Of a stretch of DNA of 35,347 nt, positions 1 to 8,639 are shown one piece after another. Below the pieces are notes generated by a model. It had not been told where the DNA came from and ran no database searches. It was given only the letters and a program-made list of their open reading frames with translations. The stretch's first letter is position 1; every line of letters begins with the position of its first letter. The DNA comes from Armatimonadota bacterium (lineage in GTDB: Bacteria > Armatimonadota > Armatimonadia > Armatimonadales > Armatimonadaceae). Position numbers and translations under genes: made by a program. The stretch covers positions 1 through 35,347 of the forward strand of contig JAYUUO010000166.1 of NCBI GenBank assembly GCA_043754515.1. The letters run 5' to 3'.

Positions 1-27
1 CCTGCGGTCGGGGGGGCCGACCGCAGG
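1..27. repeat. Perfect 11-bp inverted repeat (hairpin; terminator- or REP-like)
   Basis: CCTGCGGTCGG (1-11) / GGGGG loop / CCGACCGCAGG (17-27). Confidence 0.6.
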
Positions 28-113
28 ACGCGACCGCCTATTATAACCAAGTCAGCGCATCGTAGACAAAGTCGGCGCACCCCGGATGGGCGCGGGTGCG
101 ATAGAATAAGGGC

Positions 114-434
114 ATGGAAACCGTGATTGAACCCCAGGAATCTGTGGCCCCCCCGGATATTTCGGGTGTCGCGCCGCGCCCCAATCTGGACCCGTCCGAC
201 TCGCTGACGCTGGTGCCGCGTCTGCTCGCGGGCTTCTTCTTAGGCGGCCTGGCGGTCATGTATGCCGTTGCGCAAAACTGGGGCATGGTCGCGTTTCTGG
301 CCGTCGCCTCCGCGCTAATGCTCTACTGGGGCTACCGACTGATCGCCAAAATGCGCGGCGAGAACCCCGAGTATATCGCCTACCTCGCTGCGGAAGAAGC
401 CGCTAAGCGCATGCAAAAGACGGGCGGCATCTGA
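114..434 (+). CDS. Hypothetical membrane protein (2 TM helices)
   Basis: 106-aa ORF with two hydrophobic segments; TAGAAT -10-like box 6 nt before ATG; first of three closely spaced + strand ORFs. Confidence 0.75.
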   Translation: METVIEPQESVAPPDISGVAPRPNLDPSDSLTLVPRLLAGFFLGGLAVMYAVAQNWGMVAFLAVASALMLYWGYRLIAKMRGENPEYIAYLAAEEAAKRMQKTGGI

Positions 435-438
435 CACC

Positions 439-747
439 ATGCTAGGCTCGCTCCTCTCCCGCCCCACCAACCGCAAACCACTCACGCCAGGCGACCCGCG
501 TTTGGTGGCGACGTACCGGTTTCAGTTCTTCGTCTACAGCGTCCGGCACCTCGGGGGGATCATCTTCTTCGCGTTTTTGACCGCGCAGGCGTTTAACCTG
601 TACGCCGCGCCGGTCGGCTACGCGCTCGCGGTGTTCGGGTTGGCATATACCGGGTTCGTATTCCTGAACCTGTTCAAACTGTTCCGCGCGTGGAAGCGGA
701 ACGAGGCCATCGGGCGTAGTAACCGCGCCGCGCGACCCGGATTATAA
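439..747 (+). CDS. Hypothetical membrane protein (2 TM helices)
   Basis: 102-aa ORF 4 nt after previous stop; two hydrophobic segments followed by basic tail. Confidence 0.7.
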   Translation: MLGSLLSRPTNRKPLTPGDPRLVATYRFQFFVYSVRHLGGIIFFAFLTAQAFNLYAAPVGYALAVFGLAYTGFVFLNLFKLFRAWKRNEAIGRSNRAARPGL

Positions 748-762
748 GGAACCCTCCCCCCA

Positions 763-1209
763 ATGCAAGTCATCACGGCTCTCTTAGTAGACGAAGTGAA
801 AAAACACCCTGAAGGGCGCGTTGATCTGCTCGGCTTGTTCGAGGACATCTATTTCGACGCGGTGCCGGTGAAGCTCGACGCGGTCAGTCTGTACGTGGAC
901 ATCGCGCTCGCGCCCGCCGATAAAGGCGTCACACATACGCTGGAGTTCCGCCTGATCGCGCCGGATGGTGCCGCGAAGGGCGAAGCGACAAAGATACGCT
1001 TCGGTGTGCCGACCGAGTCGGCGTTCCCTCGGGACGCGGCGCAACTCGATCTGGTACTCTTCGAGCAGACCTTTTACGAGTTCGGCACCCATCACGTCGA
1101 GATCCGGCACGGGGGCGAATTGCTACGCCGCATCCCTCTCCATGTCAGCGCGAAGGCGGATTTTGGCGCGGTCACGGGGGCAGAAACGCCGTTTCTTGTC
1201 TCGCCGTAG
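763..1209 (+). CDS. Hypothetical protein, DUF6941-like beta-sandwich
   Basis: N-terminal 'LLVDEV..HPEGRVDLLGLFEDI' and C-terminal 'FGTHHVEI..GGELL..IPLHV' pattern resemble DUF6941. Confidence 0.65.
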   Translation: MQVITALLVDEVKKHPEGRVDLLGLFEDIYFDAVPVKLDAVSLYVDIALAPADKGVTHTLEFRLIAPDGAAKGEATKIRFGVPTESAFPRDAAQLDLVLFEQTFYEFGTHHVEIRHGGELLRRIPLHVSAKADFGAVTGAETPFLVSP

Positions 1210-1233
1210 GCTCGTCGGTTCGGCGCGCGGCTC

Positions 1234-1977
1234 CTACCGCGTCTGGATCACGAAGTCGCGGCGTCGTAGCATCGGGAACGTCAGCCACTTCACGTGCCCG
1301 TCGCAGTAGAGCGCGTCGAACCCGCCCGCGTGATCCTCGCTCCAGTGCCCTTTGATCTCCTTCGGTCGTTCCGCGTCGCCGCCAGCCTGCCCGTTCTGAC
1401 ACTCACTCGCGTTATTATTGTGCTCCCAAACTAGGAGCGTGCTGGCAGGCCGGGGGACGTCGGCGTCGGACTGCCCCTGGGGCGACGTTTCGGAGAACCC
1501 CATGCTACTAGCGAAAAATGAATCCCACGCGTTCAGGACGTAACGCCCTTCCGCGTCCATCGTTTCGCCAGGGAGTGGCGGGCGGGTCCGGCGAGAGGGG
1601 CACAGGCGCACCCCGTCGTTCTTTAGATATGGTTCCAGCAGATACGGCGTACCCGGCACGGCGTTCGAGGCGGGGAGCCACTGCGGGAAGGGCGGGTCGA
1701 GCACTCCGCTTGGCAACAGGGCGGGCACGACGCAGTGATCAGGGTACGTCGTATCGAAGGTGACGCAGTTATATTTCGGCACATAAGTGTCGTCGGCGTC
1801 CTGCGCATATAAACGAATTGCGATTCCTATCTGTCGCAAGTTACTTTGGCACGTTGCTTGCCTACCCTTCTCACGGGCGGTGGCGAACACTGGAAAAAGG
1901 ATCGCGGCGAGTAGAGAGATTATCGCGATTACGACGAGCAACTCGATCAAAGTGAAAGCACATGGGGTGATTCGCAT
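1234..1977 (-). CDS. Prepilin-type N-terminal cleavage/methylation protein, DUF1559 / H-X9-DG family
   Basis: [45 protein letters not shown] and C-terminal [16 protein letters not shown]; start placed at ATG 1977 just before the cleavage motif (ORF track extends to 2172). Confidence 0.9.
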   Translation of the reverse strand: MRITPCAFTLIELLVVIAIISLLAAILFPVFATAREKGRQATCQSNLRQIGIAIRLYAQDADDTYVPKYNCVTFDTTYPDHCVVPALLPSGVLDPPFPQWLPASNAVPGTPYLLEPYLKNDGVRLCPSRRTRPPLPGETMDAEGRYVLNAWDSFFASSMGFSETSPQGQSDADVPRPASTLLVWEHNNNASECQNGQAGGDAERPKEIKGHWSEDHAGGFDALYCDGHVKWLTFPMLRRRDFVIQTR

Positions 1978-2165
1978 CCGTATAAAGCTGCCCGTCGCGT
2001 CGGGCACCCGCATGAACACGCGACTGGGGTTTCCCGGTTTGCGCCGCGCACCTGTGAGTACATCGGTGGCACGCGTGTTCCGCCCGGACCCGCTTCGAGG
2101 GATGATTGACAAAGCAAGACTGTGATTCGCCATACGCACGAGTATACCCGATCTAAAAAACACGC

Positions 2166-4103
2166 ATGACATTTAATCCCGTTAACAACCCGTTCGCGGA
2201 ACTCCAGGCACAAATCCTGTGGCGCATCGCGTCCGGCGTTCCGCTCCCCGAAACGCTGGAGGAGCTAGCCCGTGCCCTGGACGCGGCAACACCCGGAACG
2301 CGCGCGGCCGTGTTGCCCGTGGAGTACAATCCCGCCGCGGACGAAGCACCGCGACTCGGCAAGGGTGCCTCGCCCGGTATGGGCGACGCCTACCGCGACG
2401 GCATGGCGCGGACGTACTCCCCGCCGGATTCGCCGTGTTCGGTGGTGCTACGCGGCGGGGTAGCGATCCACATCCCGGACTGCGCGACCGACCCCCGCTA
2501 TTCGCCCGCGGCGCGGGAGTCGCACGCGCGGCACGGGATCGGGTCGTGCCATCTGCGGCCACTCCGGGATCGAAAGAACGGAGCCGTCATCGGCGTATTC
2601 TGCCTGTATGGGGAGCGGCAGGAATCGGTCGCGTCGGACGTTTCCCCGCTTCACGCGCTCGGCATGGAGCTTGCCGCGCTCGCGATCAGCCGCGCCAACG
2701 TCGAGAAGGCGCGGCAATGCTCCGAGGCCGAACTCGAAACGCTGTACGACAACCTGCGGGTGCAGGCGTGCGTGGACCCGCTGACCGGCCTCGCGAACCG
2801 GACACACTTCATGCAGCTCCTCGCGCGTGCCCTAGCGGACGCCGAGAACTTCCCGGCTCCCGCCCGCCCCGCCGTGCTATTCGTGGATCTCGACCGCTTC
2901 AAACTGGTGAACGACACGCTCGGGCACGCGGCGGGCGACCGGCTGTTGCAAGCGATGGCAGAGCGGTTCCTGTCCGTCGTCGGCGGTTCGGGCACCGTGG
3001 CGCGGCTCGGCGGCGACGAGTTCGTCATCCTGCTCCCGCGCGTCACCGAAGCCGACGCGCTCGGGGTCGCGGAACGCGTCCACGCCGCCGCCGCGAAACC
3101 GGCGGCTATCCACGGGCAGGAATCGTTCGTCGGCGCGAGCGTCGGGGTCGCGCTGTGGAAGCCTAGGGGAGTCTGCACCGCGGCGGCGTTGCTCCAGAAC
3201 GCGGACACGGCGATGTACCACGCAAAAAAAGAGGGCGGGAGAGGCTTCGCGCTGTTCACACGGGCGATGGGTGAGGCGGCACAGAGCCGCGCGAGCCTGG
3301 AAGCCGATTTGCACCGCGCCCTCGCCAACGGGGAACTCAGTCTCGTTTTTCAGCCACAATTCGACCTGGTGACCGGACGTATGATCGGGGCGGAGGTGCT
3401 GGCGCGCTGGCAACACCCGTCGCGCGGCTCCGTCCCGCCCGGTGATTTCATCCCGATCGCGGAGGAGTCAGGGCTGATCGAGCCGATCGGCGAGTGGATA
3501 CTACGCGAAGCGTGCAACCAGGGAGCCTTGTGGCAACGTTCCGGATGGCCATTGCGGCTTTCCGTCAATCTTTCAGCGCGGCAGTTCGCCCCGCGCAACC
3601 GGCTCGTTGACCAGGTAGAACGTGTGCTCGCCGAAACAGGATTCGCGCCGCAACTGCTCGATCTTGAGATCACGGAGAGTATCCTGCTCGCGCGAAACAT
3701 CCCTGTTCTGGAAACGCTGGCGGCGTTTAAGCGGCTGGGGGTGCGGCTCCTACTCGACGATTTCGGGACGGGGTACGGCTCGCTGATCTACCTGCGTCAA
3801 TTCCCGCTCGACGTGCTTAAGGTAGACCGTTCTTTTATCGCCGGGCTGTCGGAAACTCGCGAGGACGCCGCCATCGTCCGCGCCGTGATTGACCTCGCGC
3901 ACGCGCTCGGGATGCAGGTGATCGCGGAGGGCGTGGAAACAGACGACCAGCGCGCGGAACTGTCGCTGCTGGGTTGCGACGCGTTGCAGGGCTACCTGTG
4001 GTCGCCCCCTGTACCGGCCAGCGGGATCACAGCGATGCTGGCGCAAACGGCGGCACGGGCGGCGGTACCAGCCCTCGGGCGAGGGCCGGTGCCATTACTC
4101 TAG
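2166..4103 (+). CDS. GAF-GGDEF-EAL diguanylate cyclase/phosphodiesterase
   Basis: N-terminal GAF-like region; [46 protein letters not shown] motifs; no RxxD I-site before GGDEF. Confidence 0.95.
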   Translation: MTFNPVNNPFAELQAQILWRIASGVPLPETLEELARALDAATPGTRAAVLPVEYNPAADEAPRLGKGASPGMGDAYRDGMARTYSPPDSPCSVVLRGGVAIHIPDCATDPRYSPAARESHARHGIGSCHLRPLRDRKNGAVIGVFCLYGERQESVASDVSPLHALGMELAALAISRANVEKARQCSEAELETLYDNLRVQACVDPLTGLANRTHFMQLLARALADAENFPAPARPAVLFVDLDRFKLVNDTLGHAAGDRLLQAMAERFLSVVGGSGTVARLGGDEFVILLPRVTEADALGVAERVHAAAAKPAAIHGQESFVGASVGVALWKPRGVCTAAALLQNADTAMYHAKKEGGRGFALFTRAMGEAAQSRASLEADLHRALANGELSLVFQPQFDLVTGRMIGAEVLARWQHPSRGSVPPGDFIPIAEESGLIEPIGEWILREACNQGALWQRSGWPLRLSVNLSARQFAPRNRLVDQVERVLAETGFAPQLLDLEITESILLARNIPVLETLAAFKRLGVRLLLDDFGTGYGSLIYLRQFPLDVLKVDRSFIAGLSETREDAAIVRAVIDLAHALGMQVIAEGVETDDQRAELSLLGCDALQGYLWSPPVPASGITAMLAQTAARAAVPALGRGPVPLL

Positions 4104-4807
4104 GCCATATGTCCGTCAATCGAGAGTGACGAGTCATTTCTGCCTGCGTTCGCGTCCGGGCCCGGTTGCGGCTTCTCGCGCGGCGAAGTAGCCGCCATAT
4201 CCGGCGACGCGGGCGAATCGGCCGCGGTCAGCGCAAACAGCGCGAAGTCGTCGTCCCCCCTCGGCTTTTCGAGGGTGAACAACTTGCTCCAGAAACCGGC
4301 GGGGCGGGCCTCGTTAGCCGGTGCCGGCACCGAGGGCGTTGTCGCGCCCGCGACACTCACCGTTCTCAGGGTCTTACTCGTGCCTTCCTCGAATATCGCC
4401 TCCAGGCTACGCACGTATTCCTTGCGGATATGGGGGCGGGACGCGATGTCGTGTAGCAGGTCGCGCACCTCGGCGCGTATCCGCGTCTCGGTTTCCGCCT
4501 CCTCGCCCGCCGCGTGGGCGAGTTGCGCCTCCGCCGCCGCGAGCGCGACGCGGGCGTATTCCAACCGCTCTTGCGCGGCGGCACGCTCGCACATCACCTG
4601 CTGCATGGTAGCCTGCGCGTCGCGGGACTGGGACATTTCTTCGGGCTCTATTCCGAGGCGTTCGCCGATCTGCGCGAGCATCTCGTTCAGATAGCGTAAC
4701 TGTGTCCCGAAGGGCGAGGGGGGAGACGGATTGGTTTCGTTCGTGGCGATGTTCATGCTTCGCATTGTATTTTCTGTGGGAGTACGTGTAGCGTCACGCT
4801 TCTCCAT
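4100..4807 (-). CDS. Hypothetical protein with central coiled-coil and disordered C-terminus
   Basis: Long ORF with Ala/Glu/Arg-rich heptad-like segment; start uncertain (4807, 4765 or 4756); stop overlaps the convergent gene's stop in CTAG 4100-4103. Confidence 0.65.
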   Translation of the reverse strand: MEKRDATRTPTENTMRSMNIATNETNPSPPSPFGTQLRYLNEMLAQIGERLGIEPEEMSQSRDAQATMQQVMCERAAAQERLEYARVALAAAEAQLAHAAGEEAETETRIRAEVRDLLHDIASRPHIRKEYVRSLEAIFEEGTSKTLRTVSVAGATTPSVPAPANEARPAGFWSKLFTLEKPRGDDDFALFALTAADSPASPDMAATSPREKPQPGPDANAGRNDSSLSIDGHMA

Positions 4808-5097
4808 GATCCCTGGTTCTAACATATACCCACGTATGTTTCGCTTCCCGGCGAACCGTTTGGTAAGGACCCGCACCCAACTTCCGGTCGCGCGAAACAC
4901 GGGGCGCAACGATCCCACTAACGCGGATGCGCGGGTTGCACAGCCGCGCTATTGATATTGTGCGGTGAGTCGCGCCCGATGTCATGCCGGGAGTTAAATA
5001 TTTCACATCACGTCCGTAGGAAAAGTTAAAAAAGTCGGGAGAACTCAGAAACTTATCAGGGGGTGTTTTGTCGTATAGTATTGTGTAAGTCAATCGT

Positions 5098-7044
5098 ATG
5101 ACAAGATTTTCTCAGCCACGATACAGCCAGATTCCACTCGCCGCGCTACTCGCCTGCGTGACCGGTGTATCACTCGGTGCCGCCTACGCGCCGTGCCGGG
5201 CGCAGGACGCGATCACGCCCACCAACATCGCGCCACTCCCGACGGCGAGCGACCTGTTCGCGGGCGCGGATAAGCCGGGTCCCTACACGCTCAAGTGGAA
5301 GAAACTGCCGCCATACGCCCTTTTCAAGCCTTCGGTTATAGTTGACGGCAAGACACTTAACGAGTCCGAATACCAGTGGGACGGTGATAAGGGCACGATC
5401 ACGTTCGCCGCGCCGCTTAAAGCCGCCTCCATGGCGCATGTCGTCTACCCCTACGATCCCAAAGGCTCGGAACATAACGACACGCCCGCGTCCTCGCCCG
5501 TGACGGTTCCCCTGGTGAACGCGGGCGGGACGCAATTGCAACTCTCCGCGCTCCCCGGCGCGGCGAAGGGGCATGAGAGCGACACGCTTCTGATCTGGCG
5601 GCTTTCCGGCGCGCCGATGAACGCGTTGGGCGGCAAGGTGACCACGAGCGCGTTGCTCGCGCCGGACACCCGCGCCGACGCCCCGAACGGCTCTGCGCTG
5701 TGGGAGAGGGCGGGGTTCGCGGCGGGCTACCGGATGGGCAGTGACACGAGCGGGCTGGAAGCGAACTTCTCGCGGAGCGGCCGGGACTTCGCGCCGACCC
5801 TGGGTAAAACGTTCGCGATGAGCGATACTGCGTCGCAAACGCTCTCGCTCGCCGCCCGCTACGCCCTCGCCCCCTGGCTACGCGCCGAGTGGAAACAGAC
5901 CGGCACGGATCTCCTCGCCAAAGACGCGGGCACTACCGGGCTAGAAACGATGCTCCTGCGGCTCGGGGGCGCGGGCAACCAGCCGACACTGAACCTGTCG
6001 CGCACGGCGGACGGCCGCACGGACGGTAAGGGTGTTACAAACCGCAAAAGCACCGACCGCATGGAACTGACGGCGAAGATGGGGTCGCAAGTCGCGCTGA
6101 CCGGCAACGCGCAGACCACAAAGTCGGATGTGGACGGCAAGGTCGGCGACAAGACGACCGAGATGGCGATAGCGATCAAGGCACAGAGCACGGACAAGAC
6201 GCAGGCGGCCAGCGTCGCTGTTTCGGGACTCGAAAAGGAAGCGGGCGCGACGAATCAGGCGAACTCCTCGGTCACGGTCACGCTCCAGCCCTCGCCATCC
6301 GTCACCATCGTCGCCGAGCAGAAAAAAGAAGCGTCCACGACCACCGCCGCGACGGGCGACACGCATACCGAGAAGGATCTGGCGTCCGCGGGGGCGAAAA
6401 TCGCGCTCGCGCCCGGTGCCTCGCTCTCCGGTGGCGTGAGCGTGCAGTCGTCGGCGGACACGAAGACGCAAACCGGCGTGCAGGCGACGACACTGTCGGC
6501 AAAGTTCGGCGAGGGCAAGGGGGTCGAAGTCGCGCAGGCACTGGTCAACCGATCCGGGAATATGCCCGGCACGGCGACTCTGAACACGACCGACACCCGC
6601 TTCGCCCTGCGCCCCGTTCGCGGCCTGACGCTCTCCGGTGCCCTGGTCAACAACCCGGAGAAGGACGGCAATATTACGCAGGCGCAACGGCAGGAGATGG
6701 GCCTTTCCGCGCAGGTCGGCGCGCTGAAACTGGGCGGCGGCTACACACTGACCGAGACGGCGGCGCAGAACGGTTTGCAGAAGGGCGAGTTTTCGCTCTC
6801 GCTCGGTCTACGCTTCGATCGGTACACGCAGATGTCGGGCGAGTATAGGGACGGTCTACTGTGGGGGACCACGGAGAGCACGCAGGGCGTCGCGCACGGC
6901 TTGCGCGTGTATACGCTCGGTCTGACGCGCGACATGGGGGCGGCGTTCAACTTCGCGCTGGGCGGAACGATGTCGCAGGACAGGACGCCGGGCGCGACCC
7001 CTTCGGACTACAAAGCGGAAGCGAAACTCGGCGCGAAGTTCTGA
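5098..7044 (+). CDS. Secreted protein, probable outer-membrane beta-barrel with N-terminal Ig-like domain
   Basis: Signal peptide (..PCRA|QD); alternating hydrophobic beta-strand pattern over most of its length; ends YKAEAKLGAKF with terminal Phe. Confidence 0.7.
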   Translation: MTRFSQPRYSQIPLAALLACVTGVSLGAAYAPCRAQDAITPTNIAPLPTASDLFAGADKPGPYTLKWKKLPPYALFKPSVIVDGKTLNESEYQWDGDKGTITFAAPLKAASMAHVVYPYDPKGSEHNDTPASSPVTVPLVNAGGTQLQLSALPGAAKGHESDTLLIWRLSGAPMNALGGKVTTSALLAPDTRADAPNGSALWERAGFAAGYRMGSDTSGLEANFSRSGRDFAPTLGKTFAMSDTASQTLSLAARYALAPWLRAEWKQTGTDLLAKDAGTTGLETMLLRLGGAGNQPTLNLSRTADGRTDGKGVTNRKSTDRMELTAKMGSQVALTGNAQTTKSDVDGKVGDKTTEMAIAIKAQSTDKTQAASVAVSGLEKEAGATNQANSSVTVTLQPSPSVTIVAEQKKEASTTTAATGDTHTEKDLASAGAKIALAPGASLSGGVSVQSSADTKTQTGVQATTLSAKFGEGKGVEVAQALVNRSGNMPGTATLNTTDTRFALRPVRGLTLSGALVNNPEKDGNITQAQRQEMGLSAQVGALKLGGGYTLTETAAQNGLQKGEFSLSLGLRFDRYTQMSGEYRDGLLWGTTESTQGVAHGLRVYTLGLTRDMGAAFNFALGGTMSQDRTPGATPSDYKAEAKLGAKF

Positions 7045-7046
7045 GG

Positions 7047-8507
7047 TCAGGCGGAGGGGGCGGCGGGGGAGATGTACGCCCCCGCCGCTAGCAACCGCGC
7101 CCGCAACGCGTCCACGTTTATCGCCCGCACATCGCCGCGCCCGTTCCCGGACGCCGTAGCCGCCATCGTTGCCGCTTCGCCCGCCGCCTGTCCGAGCGCG
7201 AAACAGACCGGCATGACGCGTACCGCGCCCTGTACGGCGCGGTCGGCGGAAAGGCAACGGCCCGCGACGAGCAGGTTGCGTACCCCTCTCGGGATCAGGC
7301 AACGGAGCGGGATGCCGTGGCTTTCGCCCGGTGGGAGCTCGTAGTGCCGCCGCTCTGCCCGTTCGTTCTCCGCGTCCGAGATGCTCTTCGCCCGCGCTGC
7401 CGTTTCGGACGACGCGGCGTGCAGGTCAATAAAGTAGGCGTTCCTAGCGATGTCGTCGGGGAACGAGCGACACGCCAGGTAATCGTCCACGGTCAAGCGG
7501 TAGTCGCCGCCGACGCGCCGCGATTCGCGCACCCCGATGCGGGGACCGGTCGAGACGAGGTACAGGCTCTCCTGCCCCGGCACATACTTTCGCAGGAATG
7601 TCAGCACTTTCTGGACCACGCGCCGCCCCTCGCGCTCGGCAACCGACAGGCTTTCGGCGTTCGTCGCCCGGTGCCCGTAGACGTGCCCGAGGTTGCAACC
7701 CGCGACCGTCTCGGTTTTGAAGCCCATCCCGACTAGTGAGGCGTCCGGAAGATCGTAGTCATCCGCCGCCTTTGCGCGGGCGATCAGCCGCGTCAGGTAG
7801 CCGTCGCCGGTCGCGTTGACATACTCCAGGTAGCGGGTACGGCTCCCGCCCGCGACGGTGAAGCAGAGCGTCATCCCCTGCGTTTCGCCGTGTTCGTCCC
7901 CCTCCTCGAACGCGCACCCGGCACGCGCCGCGAGGTCGCCGTCGCCGCTCGCGTCAATAAACACGGTCGCGCTGGCGAGCGAGAGGCCGTTTTTGTTCGC
8001 CAGAAGCACGCGGGTCAGTTCCCGGCGGTCAGATTCACCCCGTGCCCCCGGTGCCATCACGACATCCGCGATCACGGTGTGGAACAAGACCGACACACCC
8101 GCCGCCTCGCAAAGATCGTCGTAAACCGCCTTCAGCGTTTCGGGGAAGATGGGCACCCAATCCATGCGCGCCTTGGTCGGGTCATCGGGATCGGGAACGG
8201 AACGTCCGTCGCGCCGCAACATTTCGGTCAGCACTTCCCAGCCGATGCCGCGCGTGACGGCCCGCTTCTTGTCGGAGAACGGGCAGAAGGCGGGCACCTG
8301 CGCGGCAGTCGCCGAGCCGCCGAGGAACCCCTGTTGCTCGACCAGAAGCACCGACGCGCCCGCGCGGGCGGCCGCGATCGCTGCCGCAACTCCGGCTGGC
8401 CCGCCGCCCGCTACGAGTATATCGGCACGATGCCGGACGGGGATGTCGAGCGACATGGGCAGGCTTTGGAGTAAAGGCGGGGAGGGGATGGGAGGGTTCT
8501 GTGTCAT
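7047..8507 (-). CDS. FAD-dependent oxidoreductase (PF12831-like)
   Basis: VAGGGPAG dinucleotide motif, FIDASGDGD, GVRESRR, LLVAGRCLS; start may be the second Met (MSLDIP). Confidence 0.9.
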   Translation of the reverse strand: MTQNPPIPSPPLLQSLPMSLDIPVRHRADILVAGGGPAGVAAAIAAARAGASVLLVEQQGFLGGSATAAQVPAFCPFSDKKRAVTRGIGWEVLTEMLRRDGRSVPDPDDPTKARMDWVPIFPETLKAVYDDLCEAAGVSVLFHTVIADVVMAPGARGESDRRELTRVLLANKNGLSLASATVFIDASGDGDLAARAGCAFEEGDEHGETQGMTLCFTVAGGSRTRYLEYVNATGDGYLTRLIARAKAADDYDLPDASLVGMGFKTETVAGCNLGHVYGHRATNAESLSVAEREGRRVVQKVLTFLRKYVPGQESLYLVSTGPRIGVRESRRVGGDYRLTVDDYLACRSFPDDIARNAYFIDLHAASSETAARAKSISDAENERAERRHYELPPGESHGIPLRCLIPRGVRNLLVAGRCLSADRAVQGAVRVMPVCFALGQAAGEAATMAATASGNGRGDVRAINVDALRARLLAAGAYISPAAPSA

Positions 8508-8639
8508 GATAGGCTACGTAAGGGTACCGCATTTCTTGGTTGGGGGTGCGGAGGGGAAAGCACTTGCCTCCCTATAGACTTCGAGATCCGATACAATCAA
8601 CCTGCCTAGCCAGTCCGATAGCCCAACACGCCATTCACG

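Noticed and set aside
2020..2060. Canonical c-di-GMP-I riboswitch call
   Set aside because: GCAAACC..GAAA present on the - strand, but the pairing GG and the GACGCAAAG/P3 consensus are missing; kept only as an unclassified structure
2106..2136. Sigma70 promoter for the GGDEF-EAL gene at TTGACA 2106
   Set aside because: No acceptable -10 hexamer at 16-18 bp spacing
1978..2172. N-terminal extension of the DUF1559 ORF to 2172
   Set aside because: Would overlap the divergent gene start and promoter region; prepilin leaders in this family are short
2219..3416. Several long alternative-frame ORFs (315, 225, 179 aa)
   Set aside because: Overlap the well-supported GGDEF-EAL gene; Arg/Ala/Gly-rich composition typical of non-coding frames
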